Shown here: piece after piece, positions 48,805-58,383 of the stretch
Numbering within the stretch: the first letter of the stretch is position 1
Layout: each line of letters opens with the position of its first letter
Assembly (NCBI GenBank): GCA_050633305.1
Contig: JBOEGF010000014.1
Span: 96,001 to 160,000 of the forward strand
Source: Nannocystales bacterium
GTDB taxonomy: Bacteria > Myxococcota_A > Polyangia > Nannocystales > Nannocystaceae
DNA: 64,000 bases
Reading direction: 5' to 3'
Made by a program: the position numbers and the translations under genes
The notes under the pieces: generated by a model
Database searches by the model: none
What the model was told of the DNA's origin: nothing
What the model saw: the letters and a program-made list of their open reading frames with translations, nothing else

Positions 48805-49089
48805 CTAGTCCTCGACCTCGACACCTTTCCAAAACGCGACGTGGTCCTTGATCTCGCTCGCGGCCGCTTTTGGATTCGGGTAGGTCCACGCGGCGTTCTC
48901 ATTGACCTGACCGGCGACCTCGAGGCTGTAGTAGCTCGCATCGCCTTTCCAGGGACAATGGCTCCGGTGCTCCGTCGCCTTGAAGTGTTCTTGCTTCAGA
49001 GAGTCGGCGGGGAAGTAGTGGTTGCCCTCGACGACCACGGTCGCATCGCTTTCGGCGAGGAGGGTTCCGTTCCAGGTTGCGCGTGCCAT
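48805..49089 (-). CDS. DUF427 domain protein
   Basis: ATWNGTLLAESD..VEGNHYFP, CPWKGDASYY and AAWTYP.PK. Confidence 0.9.
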   Translation of the reverse strand: MARATWNGTLLAESDATVVVEGNHYFPADSLKQEHFKATEHRSHCPWKGDASYYSLEVAGQVNENAAWTYPNPKAAASEIKDHVAFWKGVEVED

Positions 49090-49272
49090 GCCTTCGGGAG
49101 CGTACGCGGCTGGGGCGAAGTTACGGCAGGGTCCGGCGGGGAAGGCGGGTCGGGTCGCGAGGCCGGCAGCCGCGCGGTCGCCCGGGGAGCGTGGGCATCG
49201 CGCCAGAGCCCGCATTCGGCCGTGAAATGGCGTTGTCGTCGCCGCAGCCCAGGTATGGGGTACCCTCGGGCT

Positions 49273-50172
49273 ATGGATTCGATGCAGCGCTACACAGCGC
49301 CTTGTCTTGCCGTGATGCTGAGCCTGGGGTGTGGGGACCCCGATTCAGCGGGGGAGGATACCGACACTTCCGACGCCGGGACCGGCTCCGAGTCGACGTC
49401 GGCCGATGGACCGACGGGCGGAACCGACACGCAAACCGACACGGCAAACGAAGACGGCTCCACAGACGGCTCATCGGCCGATGAAACCGGTGACTCGACG
49501 GATGACCCGACCGAAGGCGCTTCTGACTGCGACTTCTCCGAGGACTTTGAAGGTGTGGCCAACGGAGATCCGTGGCCGGCGACTTGGGTGCCAGTTGGAG
49601 GGGTCGCGTTGGCCGACGTCCAGGATGGCTGGGGTCGGCTCCGGCCAGAGCTCAGCGACTACTCGCTTGCACGGATGGTGACGTTCATCGACTGTCCAGA
49701 GATCGACACGTCGCTGACGTTCATGTTCACCGATCAAGATACGCAAGGCGTCGGGTTGTATGCCCGACAAAACGGCGGACACTTGCGCGAGACCGATCCG
49801 TTTGGCGAAGGGTATGCCGCGTTCTCCGAGTCGTTTCGCGACCCCGCGGGCATCGGCGCCTGGAGAGAGGTCGAGGGCCAAGAGCAGCGGATCGACAACA
49901 CCGAGCGCTTCGACATCCAAGCGAACGTGGCGTACCGGATGCGTCTTCGTGTGACGCAAGTGGATGACGCGACGAGCTTGCTGCAAGGAAAAATCTGGGC
50001 GCTCTCGGATTCGGAGCCCGATGCGTGGACGGTCGAGCGGATGGACAACACGGCGTCACTCCAGGGAGTGGGCGGCGCGCTCGCGGTGGACGCTTGGGCG
50101 CGTGCTGCGGCTCAAGGCAGCGCTGCTGCCGACTTGTTGGTCGACGATATCGTCTCGGCAGCTGCGGACTGA
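49273..50172 (+). CDS. Hypothetical lipoprotein (tandem paralog A)
   Basis: Lipobox SLGC and D/T/S linker. C-terminal domain starts CDFSEDFEG..WP..W. Confidence 0.78.
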   Translation: MDSMQRYTAPCLAVMLSLGCGDPDSAGEDTDTSDAGTGSESTSADGPTGGTDTQTDTANEDGSTDGSSADETGDSTDDPTEGASDCDFSEDFEGVANGDPWPATWVPVGGVALADVQDGWGRLRPELSDYSLARMVTFIDCPEIDTSLTFMFTDQDTQGVGLYARQNGGHLRETDPFGEGYAAFSESFRDPAGIGAWREVEGQEQRIDNTERFDIQANVAYRMRLRVTQVDDATSLLQGKIWALSDSEPDAWTVERMDNTASLQGVGGALAVDAWARAAAQGSAAADLLVDDIVSAAAD

Positions 50173-50260
50173 AGACTGACCCAAAATGCGACGATGTCGG
50201 GGTGACCCCGACGTCAGGTCGCCCCGACGTTCCTGGGCGTTGTTCGGGTACCATCGAGAC

Positions 50261-51418
50261 GTGGATTGGGACGCCTGGTTCGCGGCGCGGAGCACCCCAT
50301 GTCTCCTCGCCGTACTCCTCGTAGCCTGCGATGCCGGGGCCGTCCCGTCCCGAGCGGACACCAGCTCCGGAACGACGGGCGCGGACCCTCTTTTTTCGTC
50401 CTCGACGACAGTCCCCAGCACCAGCACGGACGGCACATCCGAGGTCGAGAGCACGACCGGCGGGGGGCAATCGCCGACCGAGCCCGGCACCGCGACCGGG
50501 AGCATGACGACACACGGGACGACGTCCGAGGGCAGCACAGGCACGGGGGATGAAACGACGACGGGCAGGGAAACCCGCGGTGGGGGGACCAGCGGTTCCT
50601 CGACCGAGTCGTCATCCTCAACTTCGGCCGTGACGTCGACGACGAGCGAGACGACGACGAGCGAGACGACCGCGGGCGGGACGAGTACGGGCGGGACGAG
50701 TACGGGCGGGACGACAGCGGGCGAGACGAGTACGGGCGAGGTCCCGACCGGCACGACCGGTGAGGACGACGACCCGTGCACCTTCAGTGAGGACTTCGAG
50801 GGCTACGCCGACGGTTCGCCGTGGCCTCCGGGTTGGACCAGCAGCGGCGGAGTCGAGCTCGCGGACATCGAAGGCGGGTGGGCCCGGCTTCGACCCTTAC
50901 TCACGGACTACTCCCTTGGGCGGATGGTTCGCGCGCTCCCGTGTGTCGAGCCTGATGTATCGCTCACCTTCATGTTCACGGCGGCCGAGGCCCAGGGCAT
51001 CGGGCTGTACACTCGTCACAACGGTAGCTACCTCCTCGAGGGGGTCCCACCGGGACGGGGCTACTCGGCCTTCGCGGAGTCGTTCCGAGATCCGCACGGC
51101 ATCGGCGTGTGGCGTGAAGTCGGGGGGACCGAGCAACAGCTCGCGCATCAGCCTGCAACGGTCGAGGCGGATGTGGAGTATCGCATGCGCTACCGTGTCA
51201 CCCAGCAGGATCCGTACACAGCGCTGCTCCAGGCCAAGTTGTGGCCGGTCGGTGAGCCCGAACCGGCGGATTGGATGGTGGAGAGCACGGACGACGCGCT
51301 GTCGCTCCAAGCCGTGTCGGGCCGGATGACGGTGGATGCGTGGGTCAGTGAGGAGTTCAACGGCCCTGTGGCACCCGACTTGCTGATCGATGACATTGTG
51401 GTGGCCCCGGCGTTGTAA
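50261..51418 (+). CDS. Hypothetical lipoprotein (tandem paralog B)
   Basis: GTG start after TACCAT-N6. Lipobox LVAC and long T/S/G linker. C-terminal domain (CTFSEDFEG..WP..W) is homologous to paralog A. Confidence 0.78.
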   Translation: MDWDAWFAARSTPCLLAVLLVACDAGAVPSRADTSSGTTGADPLFSSSTTVPSTSTDGTSEVESTTGGGQSPTEPGTATGSMTTHGTTSEGSTGTGDETTTGRETRGGGTSGSSTESSSSTSAVTSTTSETTTSETTAGGTSTGGTSTGGTTAGETSTGEVPTGTTGEDDDPCTFSEDFEGYADGSPWPPGWTSSGGVELADIEGGWARLRPLLTDYSLGRMVRALPCVEPDVSLTFMFTAAEAQGIGLYTRHNGSYLLEGVPPGRGYSAFAESFRDPHGIGVWREVGGTEQQLAHQPATVEADVEYRMRYRVTQQDPYTALLQAKLWPVGEPEPADWMVESTDDALSLQAVSGRMTVDAWVSEEFNGPVAPDLLIDDIVVAPAL

Positions 51419-51435
51419 AACGTCGACGGCTCTAC

Positions 51436-53160
51436 ATGCAGACCTACGAAACCGATGTCCTCGTCGTCGGCGGTGGCGGTGCCGCCACGGCTTCCACGAT
51501 CAGCGCTCACCAAGGTGGCGCGCGCACGATGATGGCGGTGAAAGGTCGCTTCGGCGTGCCCGGCAAGCGCGGCGCGGGGGCGACGTCGAACCCCATGGCC
51601 GACTTCTGGACGATCCGAACCGTCGGACCCAAGGGCGGCTTCTTCAACCCGCCCGAGTTGGTTCACGCGGACATGGTTCAGATGGGCCTGGGGACCAGCG
51701 ACCCCGCGCTGTGTCAGATTTTCGTCGACGAGGTCTCCGAGGCCACGAAGCGCTTGCGCAAGATGGGCATGGAGTTCGAGAGCAAGATGCTCGCGACGAT
51801 GCCCGCCAACGAGAAGACCAAGGGCACCAACAACATCGTCCAGATCCAAAAGGCGGTCATCGAAGGCACCGGAACCGAGGTGCTCGAAGGCGCCAACGTC
51901 GTTGACCTGATCGTTCAGGACGGTCACGTGCAAGGTGTCGTTGGGGTGCGTGATGATGGCGAGCCGTTCGTGATCCATGCCGGCGCGGTGATTCTGGCCA
52001 CCGGCGGGGTCGGGCAACTGTTCCAGTACTCCTTCAACCCTCCGGGAAACACAGGCGACGGTTACGCGATGGCAATGCGTGGCGGGGCCGAGCTGTTCAA
52101 CATGGAGTTCATGCAGCAGGGCATGGCGTCGGTCTACCCCGTGCAGGCCATGGTCATGCTGTACGAGATGGAAGAGCCGTTTCGCATGTACAACGGCCAC
52201 GGCGAGTCCTTCATCGAGAAGTATCTTCCCGAGGGCATCTCGCTGGAGCAGGTCTCCAAGGACAAGGCGTACCACTGGCCCGCGTCGTGTCGGGACACGG
52301 GCATCCACCTCGACCGAGCGATGCACAACGAAGTGCTCGCGGGCAATGGGACTCCAAACGACGGCGTGTTCTTGGACCTCTCTCAAGGCGAGCGAGGGTT
52401 CCAGCCGGAGGTCTTCGACAAGTTCATGCGCGACCTCGGCATCGACATCAAGAAAGACTTGGTGCAGGTGCAGATGTTCCACCACACCTCCAACGGCGGC
52501 GTGCGGGTCAACGAGCAGTGCCACTCCTCCACGGTTCAGGGGCTGTTCGCCATCGGTGAGACGATGGGTTGGCAGGGCGCAGACCGCCTTGGCGGCACCA
52601 TGCTGGGTGGGTCTCAGGTCTTCGGTTGGCGCGCGGGTGCGGCTGCTGCCGAGGCCTCGAAGCAGCGTCCCGATGCTGGCTCGGTCACCGCCTCGTTGCT
52701 GGAGCACCTCATTGAGGCTCCGGTCCGCAAGATGCGCGAGACCAAAGGCTCCAAGCGCCCGCAGGACCTCAAACCGGCGCTCCAGCGCACGATGTGGAGA
52801 GAGCTCCTGGTCGAGAAGGATGCCGAGGGGCTCGCGCGCGCGCAGCAATTCGTCAACGACGAACGTGACCGTCTCGCGAACGACCTCGCGTTGGCCGAAG
52901 GGCTCGACCTCGCGCTGGCGTTCGAGCATCGCAACCTGCTCGACGTCGCTGAAGCGATCATCGGTGCGGCCGACATGCGCAAGGAAAGCCGGGGCTCGCA
53001 CTACCGCGGGGACTACCCCGAGCGCGACGACGCCAACTGGCTGACCAACGTCTTCTCAACCCACAAGGAGGGCAAGCTCGTGCAGGCCAAGAAGTGGATC
53101 AACGAGGAGATCGGCTGGACCGACGCCCCCGGCGACGTTCGCATCATGCCGTGGGGCTGA
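51436..53160 (+). CDS. FAD-dependent oxidoreductase, SdhA/FrdA/NadB flavoprotein superfamily
   Basis: DVLVVGGGGAA, VILATGGVG, NTGDGYAMA, HHTSNGG, GLFAIGE, GADRLGG and RKESRGSHYRGDYP. Confidence 0.85.
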   Translation: MQTYETDVLVVGGGGAATASTISAHQGGARTMMAVKGRFGVPGKRGAGATSNPMADFWTIRTVGPKGGFFNPPELVHADMVQMGLGTSDPALCQIFVDEVSEATKRLRKMGMEFESKMLATMPANEKTKGTNNIVQIQKAVIEGTGTEVLEGANVVDLIVQDGHVQGVVGVRDDGEPFVIHAGAVILATGGVGQLFQYSFNPPGNTGDGYAMAMRGGAELFNMEFMQQGMASVYPVQAMVMLYEMEEPFRMYNGHGESFIEKYLPEGISLEQVSKDKAYHWPASCRDTGIHLDRAMHNEVLAGNGTPNDGVFLDLSQGERGFQPEVFDKFMRDLGIDIKKDLVQVQMFHHTSNGGVRVNEQCHSSTVQGLFAIGETMGWQGADRLGGTMLGGSQVFGWRAGAAAAEASKQRPDAGSVTASLLEHLIEAPVRKMRETKGSKRPQDLKPALQRTMWRELLVEKDAEGLARAQQFVNDERDRLANDLALAEGLDLALAFEHRNLLDVAEAIIGAADMRKESRGSHYRGDYPERDDANWLTNVFSTHKEGKLVQAKKWINEEIGWTDAPGDVRIMPWG

Positions 53161-53341
53161 GCAGAACGCGCCGCCCTGCAAGACAGCCGGATGGACTCAC
53201 GGGTCGAGGACCATCCGGCTCCCGCGCAGCTGCGAAAACAAAGGGAAAGAAAAGTTGACGAGCCGTCGAGTACCCGGAGGACGACTGGGTATATGCGGAT
53301 CTCAACAGCTTATTCATCGCCGTCGCGGTGCCGTAGGCTGC

Positions 53342-54187
53342 TCAGCGCTCGAGAAGTTCGTTTGAGAAGGCCAGGATCGCGTCCGTCACTGCGCCCGGCG
53401 CATCGAACTGCATCCCATGGGCGCCGGGTGCCGTCGTTCGGGTGACGGGTTGGTCGAGCTTCGCAAACGCAGCGTCCACCTTGGCGTTGTCGGTGGCCTC
53501 GTCGTCGTCGGCCAGCAGCAGCAGCGTGGGTAGCGATAGCTTCCGCAACGCCATCGTGGCACCCATGCCGAGCTTCTTCGTCTGGGCGAAGAAGCGGGGG
53601 GTGAGCTTGAGAAGCTTGAGTGGATCGGGCCGGACAAACGCGTCGAGGTACGGACCCTTGGTGAACATCGTCTCGGCGATCGGTGTTTCGACCGCTGGCT
53701 CGTCATCGGCCGCGCCGACCGCAGCCGCCTGGGCCCCCGTGGCCGCTTGGACAACTTGTGCGGTTGGGAACAGCCCGGGGGTCAACAGCACGAGGCCTTG
53801 GACTCGATCCCCGAGAGGACGGACCAGGTTCAGCGCAAGAATCGACCCCCAGCACCACCCGGCGAGAACCATGGTGTGTCCATCGGGGACACTGTGGCCG
53901 ATGATCGTGAGCGCGTCGTCGATGATGGCTTTGCCCGAGGGGGCGTCACCGCGGGCCTCCTCGTTGAGCCCCGAGCCCCGGCGGTCCGCGCCAACGACCG
54001 CGTACCCGGCGTCCACGAGGGCGTCGACGAGGGGGAAGAACCACCCCGAGTGGCTCATGATCCCGTTGAAGAGGACGATCGTCGCACGCGCTTCAGATGC
54101 GGGGCGCCACGTACGGTAGGTGAGCGTGTAGCCGTCGTCGGCGGTCACGCGAACGAGCTCTTCCGGGGTGCGAGCGGCGAGCTGCAT
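53342..54187 (-). CDS. Alpha/beta hydrolase (lysophospholipase-like) with GWCWG nucleophile elbow
   Basis: NGIMSHSGWF, DRRGSGLN, LAGWCWGS and C-terminal GAHG. ATGA overlap with the SDR. Confidence 0.82.
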   Translation of the reverse strand: MQLAARTPEELVRVTADDGYTLTYRTWRPASEARATIVLFNGIMSHSGWFFPLVDALVDAGYAVVGADRRGSGLNEEARGDAPSGKAIIDDALTIIGHSVPDGHTMVLAGWCWGSILALNLVRPLGDRVQGLVLLTPGLFPTAQVVQAATGAQAAAVGAADDEPAVETPIAETMFTKGPYLDAFVRPDPLKLLKLTPRFFAQTKKLGMGATMALRKLSLPTLLLLADDDEATDNAKVDAAFAKLDQPVTRTTAPGAHGMQFDAPGAVTDAILAFSNELLER

Positions 54188-54972
54188 CACAGGCCCATCG
54201 CGACGCCGCCGCAGACGTTCCAAGACTGCCCCGTGACCGATCCCGAGGCCGGGGACAGGAGGTGCAGGATCGTTTCCGCGACCTCCTCGGGCTCGAGGAT
54301 ACGACCCATGGGGTTGCCTTCGGCGATTTCCTCGATCACGGAGTCCGCGTCGCGCCCGGCCATCTTGCCGCGCACGGCCATCCCATCGCGCATCAACTTG
54401 GTGTTGACCTGGGAGGGTGCAACCGCGTTGACCGTGATGCCCAACTTCGCGACCTCGACGGCGAGCGACCGGGTAAAGCCATCCACCGCGGCTTTCGATG
54501 CGGAGTACAGGGTGTTGTAGGGCGCGCCCAGCTTGGCCGCGACGGAGGAAACGTTGACGATGCGCCCGTATTTGGCGCGCACCATGGGCTTGAGACACAG
54601 CTGCGTGAGGCGGATGACCGCGAACACATTCACGTCGAACATCGGCTGCCAGGTCGACTCCTTGCACATCAGGAGGTTGGCGACCATGTTGGTGCCCGCA
54701 TTGTTGACCAACCCGTCGACGCGCCCATGCGTGTTTCGGACGTGCCGAACCATCGCCTTGCAGGCGTCCGCGTCGGTGATGTCCAACGGGTAAGCTTCGG
54801 CTTTGAGTCCGCTGGCCTGCAGGGCCTCCGCCTCAGCACCAATCTGTTCGGGCGAACGCGCGACCAGGATGGGTAGCCCGCCAGCCTGAGCCACAAGCTT
54901 GGCGGTCGCGAGACCGATCCCGCGGCTGGCACCAGTGATGATGTGCACCTGGTTTGACAGCTGAAGCGGCAT
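54187..54972 (-). CDS. Short-chain dehydrogenase/reductase (FabG-like)
   Basis: TGASRGIG, LVNNAG, GRIVNVSS, YSASK and ITVNAVAP. Confidence 0.9.
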   Translation of the reverse strand: MPLQLSNQVHIITGASRGIGLATAKLVAQAGGLPILVARSPEQIGAEAEALQASGLKAEAYPLDITDADACKAMVRHVRNTHGRVDGLVNNAGTNMVANLLMCKESTWQPMFDVNVFAVIRLTQLCLKPMVRAKYGRIVNVSSVAAKLGAPYNTLYSASKAAVDGFTRSLAVEVAKLGITVNAVAPSQVNTKLMRDGMAVRGKMAGRDADSVIEEIAEGNPMGRILEPEEVAETILHLLSPASGSVTGQSWNVCGGVAMGL

Positions 54973-55009
54973 GGCCTCGTTTACCAGGAATCGGGGTAGA
55001 CCGCATGAT

Positions 55010-55810
55010 ATGCGTGGGTCGGTGCTGGCGCATCGTGAGCTAGGAGGCGGGCCGGGAGCGCTCGTGTTCCTGCATGGCTTCTTCGCATCGAGCGCAGACC
55101 TGGAGCCGCTGGCGGAACAGGTTCTCGGGGGAACCGCGCGCGCGTTTCTGCCCGACTTGCTGGGCCACGGGAACTCGCCGGGGCTCCCGAGGTCCGCCGA
55201 CCTTGCGACGATGGCGGATGCGCTGGTGGGCTTGCTCGACGCTCAGGGAGTTCGTGCTCGGGTGCCGGTGATCGCCCACTCGATGGGAGGCAGGGTGGCG
55301 CTACGCGCGTTCGATCGATTTCCTGACCGGGTCGGGCCGCTGATGTTGCTCGATGCTCCGCCGGGCCCAGTGCTCGAAAGGCGTTCCCCCCTCTCCCCGT
55401 TCATGAGGGCAATGTGTGCGGCGCCGCAAAGAGCGGCCACCGAGGCGGAACTCGTGGCGGTGTTCGAGCGGGTGATGATGGGCGACGCGCTCCGGCGGTG
55501 GATTCACGACCGTGTCAAACGTGACGACGAAGGGTTCACGTGGGACTTCGACCGTCAGCGACTCGCGGACTATCGCTCTGCGAGCATCTCAGAGGACCTG
55601 TGGCCGGTGGTGGAGGCGCTGGACCCCGCCGAAGTCGCGGTGTTTGCCCCGCACACGTCGGCCTACTTCCGCGCCGCAGATCGGCAGCGCTACGCCGACC
55701 TCGGCATCGAGGTTCACACGCATCCGGACGCGACCCACGACATGCACCGTGCGATGCCCGCGGACTTCGTGCGAACCATGAGAGCGCTGCTTGGTACCGG
55801 TTCTCGCTGA
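55010..55810 (+). CDS. Alpha/beta hydrolase (YbfF-like esterase)
   Basis: LVFLHGF, DLLGHGNSP, AHSMGGRVA and HDMH. Start is uncertain. Confidence 0.82.
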   Translation: MRGSVLAHRELGGGPGALVFLHGFFASSADLEPLAEQVLGGTARAFLPDLLGHGNSPGLPRSADLATMADALVGLLDAQGVRARVPVIAHSMGGRVALRAFDRFPDRVGPLMLLDAPPGPVLERRSPLSPFMRAMCAAPQRAATEAELVAVFERVMMGDALRRWIHDRVKRDDEGFTWDFDRQRLADYRSASISEDLWPVVEALDPAEVAVFAPHTSAYFRAADRQRYADLGIEVHTHPDATHDMHRAMPADFVRTMRALLGTGSR

Positions 55811-55858
55811 GCGGGGAACCTTCCGCGGTGTGGCGAGCACATCCACTTCGGGGTGGGG

Positions 55859-57034
55859 ATGGTGCGGAAGACGAAGTACACGGCTGTAGGGATACTGGTG
55901 GCCTTGATGGGGTGCGGTGACGACGACGCCCGGGAGATGGGTTCGTTCACCCAGACCGGGCTCACAGGAGTCGGCGGCGCGACCGGAGGGGATGGAGGCG
56001 AAGACTCCACCTCGGGTGGCGAGGACGAGTCTGGGGGAACCGGTCTCAAGTTGGATGTCGAGGCGATGACGGCCGGCGACGAGGGCGGGCCCAGCGGCTG
56101 CGAGTCGCTCGTCGACGAAGCCGACGTTGGCCCGAAGCCGCAGGACATCATCGTGGTGGTCGACAATTCGGGCTCGATGTCCGCCGAAGCCGACTTCGTT
56201 CAGCAGCAGATGAACTCGTTCTCGGTGCAGATTGGCGCCGCGAACATCGACTCACACATCGTGCTGATCTCCGCGTACCCGACCTCGGACGCGGGCGTTT
56301 GCATCGATCCACCGTTGGGTTCTGGAGGGTGCCCCGCCGACGACAACAACGCACCCGAGTTCGTCCACATTGGGGCCTCGGTCGGGAGCAACGACGCGCT
56401 CCAGCAGATCCTCTCGCGCTACCCCGAGTACAGCCAGTATCTGCGCCAGACCGCTGTCACCCACATTGTTGTGGTCACGGATGACGATTCTGACCTGGGC
56501 GCACCGGAGTTCATCTCCGCGATGGCGGGGCTCTCTCCTCACCTCTCCGAGTTCAAGTTTCACGGGATCATCGCCCCCGAAGACCTGATTCAGGCCTGCC
56601 TCAACGGAACGACATGCTGTGGGCTCGCGGCTGACCAAGGGACCGTCTATCAGCAGCTCATCGCGACCACGGGCGGGGTCGAGGGCAACCTGTGCGAGCA
56701 GCAGTTTCAGCCGATCTTCCAGGCGGTCGCGCAGCAGGTCATTGGGGGTGCCACGCTCTCGTGTAGCTGGGAAGTCCCCGAACCGCCCCCGGGAGAGGAA
56801 TTCGACAAGGACGAGGTGAACATCGAGTTCGATGACGGCCAGGGGGGCACGTTGCAGATCGGGCGCGTCGACGATCCGTCGTTGTGCGGGGGTGTTGCCG
56901 ACGGCTGGTACTACGACGACCCGAACGCTCCGTCCGTCATCACCGTCTGCCCGCAGACGTGCACCAAAATCCAAGGCTTTGCGCAGGCCGAGATCTCGAT
57001 CATCTTCGGCTGCGCGACGATCCCTGCGGGCTAG
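55859..57034 (+). CDS. vWA-domain lipoprotein
   Basis: Lipobox LMGC. MIDAS DIIVVVDNSGSM and VVVTDDDS. C-terminal GWYYDDP..ITVCPQTC..IIFGCAT. Confidence 0.82.
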   Translation: MVRKTKYTAVGILVALMGCGDDDAREMGSFTQTGLTGVGGATGGDGGEDSTSGGEDESGGTGLKLDVEAMTAGDEGGPSGCESLVDEADVGPKPQDIIVVVDNSGSMSAEADFVQQQMNSFSVQIGAANIDSHIVLISAYPTSDAGVCIDPPLGSGGCPADDNNAPEFVHIGASVGSNDALQQILSRYPEYSQYLRQTAVTHIVVVTDDDSDLGAPEFISAMAGLSPHLSEFKFHGIIAPEDLIQACLNGTTCCGLAADQGTVYQQLIATTGGVEGNLCEQQFQPIFQAVAQQVIGGATLSCSWEVPEPPPGEEFDKDEVNIEFDDGQGGTLQIGRVDDPSLCGGVADGWYYDDPNAPSVITVCPQTCTKIQGFAQAEISIIFGCATIPAG

Positions 57035-57108
57035 CTAGACGTCGTTCTCAACCGGCCGAGGCGCCCTGGCGGTGCCGCCGGCATCTGCGCGCTCGTTCTT
57101 CATCGGTC

Positions 57109-57489
57109 CTAGCTCATCAAGCCGCTGAGGACGGTGCGTGCCCGGTCATCGTCCATGCCGATGGCTTTGGCGACCGCGCGCAGGAGGTCGTCCTCCTCCT
57201 CGAGCACGAAGCCGTCCGCACTCGCGACTCGGAACGCGGCGGTGAGCACCTTGGCCTGGGCGTCCGCCCCGAGATCGCTGGGAAGGCATCCCAGGACCTC
57301 CTGTGGACTCCGCCCTTGGGACTGTGCCTCGGCGGCATCCCGCGCCAGCTCCCCGTCCGGGAGCGCTCGGCCGGTGAATTCGTCGTACGCTCGTTCGGCT
57401 GCCGCCACCTCGTCGGGATCGACGTCTTCGTCGGCGACGATCATGGCCAGCAGGACTCCTCGCAAACAGGGCCCAAGAGAATCGCTCAC
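57109..57489 (-). CDS. TerB-family (tellurite resistance-like) protein
   Basis: AMIVADEDVDPDEV and VASADGFVLEEEDDLLRAVAKAIGM. Confidence 0.75.
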   Translation of the reverse strand: MSDSLGPCLRGVLLAMIVADEDVDPDEVAAAERAYDEFTGRALPDGELARDAAEAQSQGRSPQEVLGCLPSDLGADAQAKVLTAAFRVASADGFVLEEEDDLLRAVAKAIGMDDDRARTVLSGLMS

Positions 57490-57509
57490 GGGCGGCTCAT
57501 ACCATGGCG

Positions 57510-57515
57510 TAGGCT
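57510..57515 (+). promoter_or_regulatory. Putative -10 element (TAGGCT) 6 nt before the ATG; leaderless-type promoter
   Basis: The same geometry occurs before array copies 2-4: TACGCT 57900, TACGCT 58372 and TAGTCT 58906. Confidence 0.5.
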
Positions 57516-57521
57516 GGTTGC

Positions 57522-57887
57522 ATGGCTGCAAGTCTGGTCGTCTGTTCGTCGTGCGCGGTACACGTAATACAGGGCGAGGAGCGGTGTCCACATTGTGGTG
57601 GAGCGGTTCGTTCGGATGTGACCCGTTCTCTGGGACGGGCAACGGGGGTGGTGCTGGCAGGATTGGTCCTTGCGGGCTGCCAGATCGAGCCCGAGTACGG
57701 TGTGCCACTCACCGCCACCACGGGCGGAGACACGGACACGGACACGGACACGGACACCGAGCCGTCGAGTACGACCATGGGAGGCGAGGGCACGGCGAGC
57801 ACGGGCTCCTCGTCGACCGGCGCGGGGTCCGGTGGAAGCACGAGCATCAGTCCCGACTACGGTGTTCCGACGACGGGCGAGTCGTAG
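57522..57887 (+). CDS. Zn-ribbon/lipobox/YGxP-motif protein, array copy 1
   Basis: CSSC-x10-CPHC, then LVLAGC, with PEYGVP and ISPDYGVPTTG. Confidence 0.8.
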   Translation: MAASLVVCSSCAVHVIQGEERCPHCGGAVRSDVTRSLGRATGVVLAGLVLAGCQIEPEYGVPLTATTGGDTDTDTDTDTEPSSTTMGGEGTASTGSSSTGAGSGGSTSISPDYGVPTTGES

Positions 57888-57912
57888 CGAGCGATTTGCT
57901 ACGCTACGCGGC

Positions 57913-58347
57913 GTGGCTTTGACTGCGTGTTCCTCATGCTCCTTGTACATCCGTCGCGATGAGATCGTGTGCCCGCATTGCGGGTCCGAACACGGTCCGA
58001 ATCGGGCTCCTGTGGCACGGACCGCCGCGGCGGTTCTGATGGGCCTGGCGCTCGCCGGGTGCCCCGCCAATGAGGACGATGAGGACACGGGGGACTCGAT
58101 CGCGACGTCGGCTCTGTACGGTGGTCCGACGACCGACACCGCGACGGAGGGTGGCTCAGGCACGACGAGCGGCACGGACTCCGCGACGTCGAGCAGCGGG
58201 TCTTCCGGGAGCTCGAGCACGACAGCGGCCGACACCAGTGGGACATCGAGCTCGACCGGCGGCGAAACCGACACCGACGGGAGCACGGGGTCGGGAAGCA
58301 GCACGGGCATCAGTCCCGACTACGGCGTGCCGACGACGGGTGAATAG
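57913..58347 (+). CDS. Zn-ribbon/lipobox/YGxP-motif protein, array copy 2
   Basis: GTG start (ALTACSSC-x10-CPHC), then RTAAAVLMGLALAGC, with ALYGGP and ISPDYGVPTTG. Confidence 0.8.
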   Translation: MALTACSSCSLYIRRDEIVCPHCGSEHGPNRAPVARTAAAVLMGLALAGCPANEDDEDTGDSIATSALYGGPTTDTATEGGSGTTSGTDSATSSSGSSGSSSTTAADTSGTSSSTGGETDTDGSTGSGSSTGISPDYGVPTTGE

Positions 58348-58383
58348 CCTCGCACTGCACCATCCGGCTGCTACGCTGTCACT

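Noticed and set aside
51436..53160. Considered calling this sdhA or nadB
   Set aside because: It lacks the covalent-FAD His, the QFHPT motif and the partner genes.
57725..57760. (GACACG)n hexamer run; similar runs at about 1176-1200 (GAGCCT) and about 50640-50740 (15-mers)
   Set aside because: These are in-frame low-complexity linkers (DT, EP, TSTGG). Unit lengths are multiples of 3, so there is no phase-variation frameshift.
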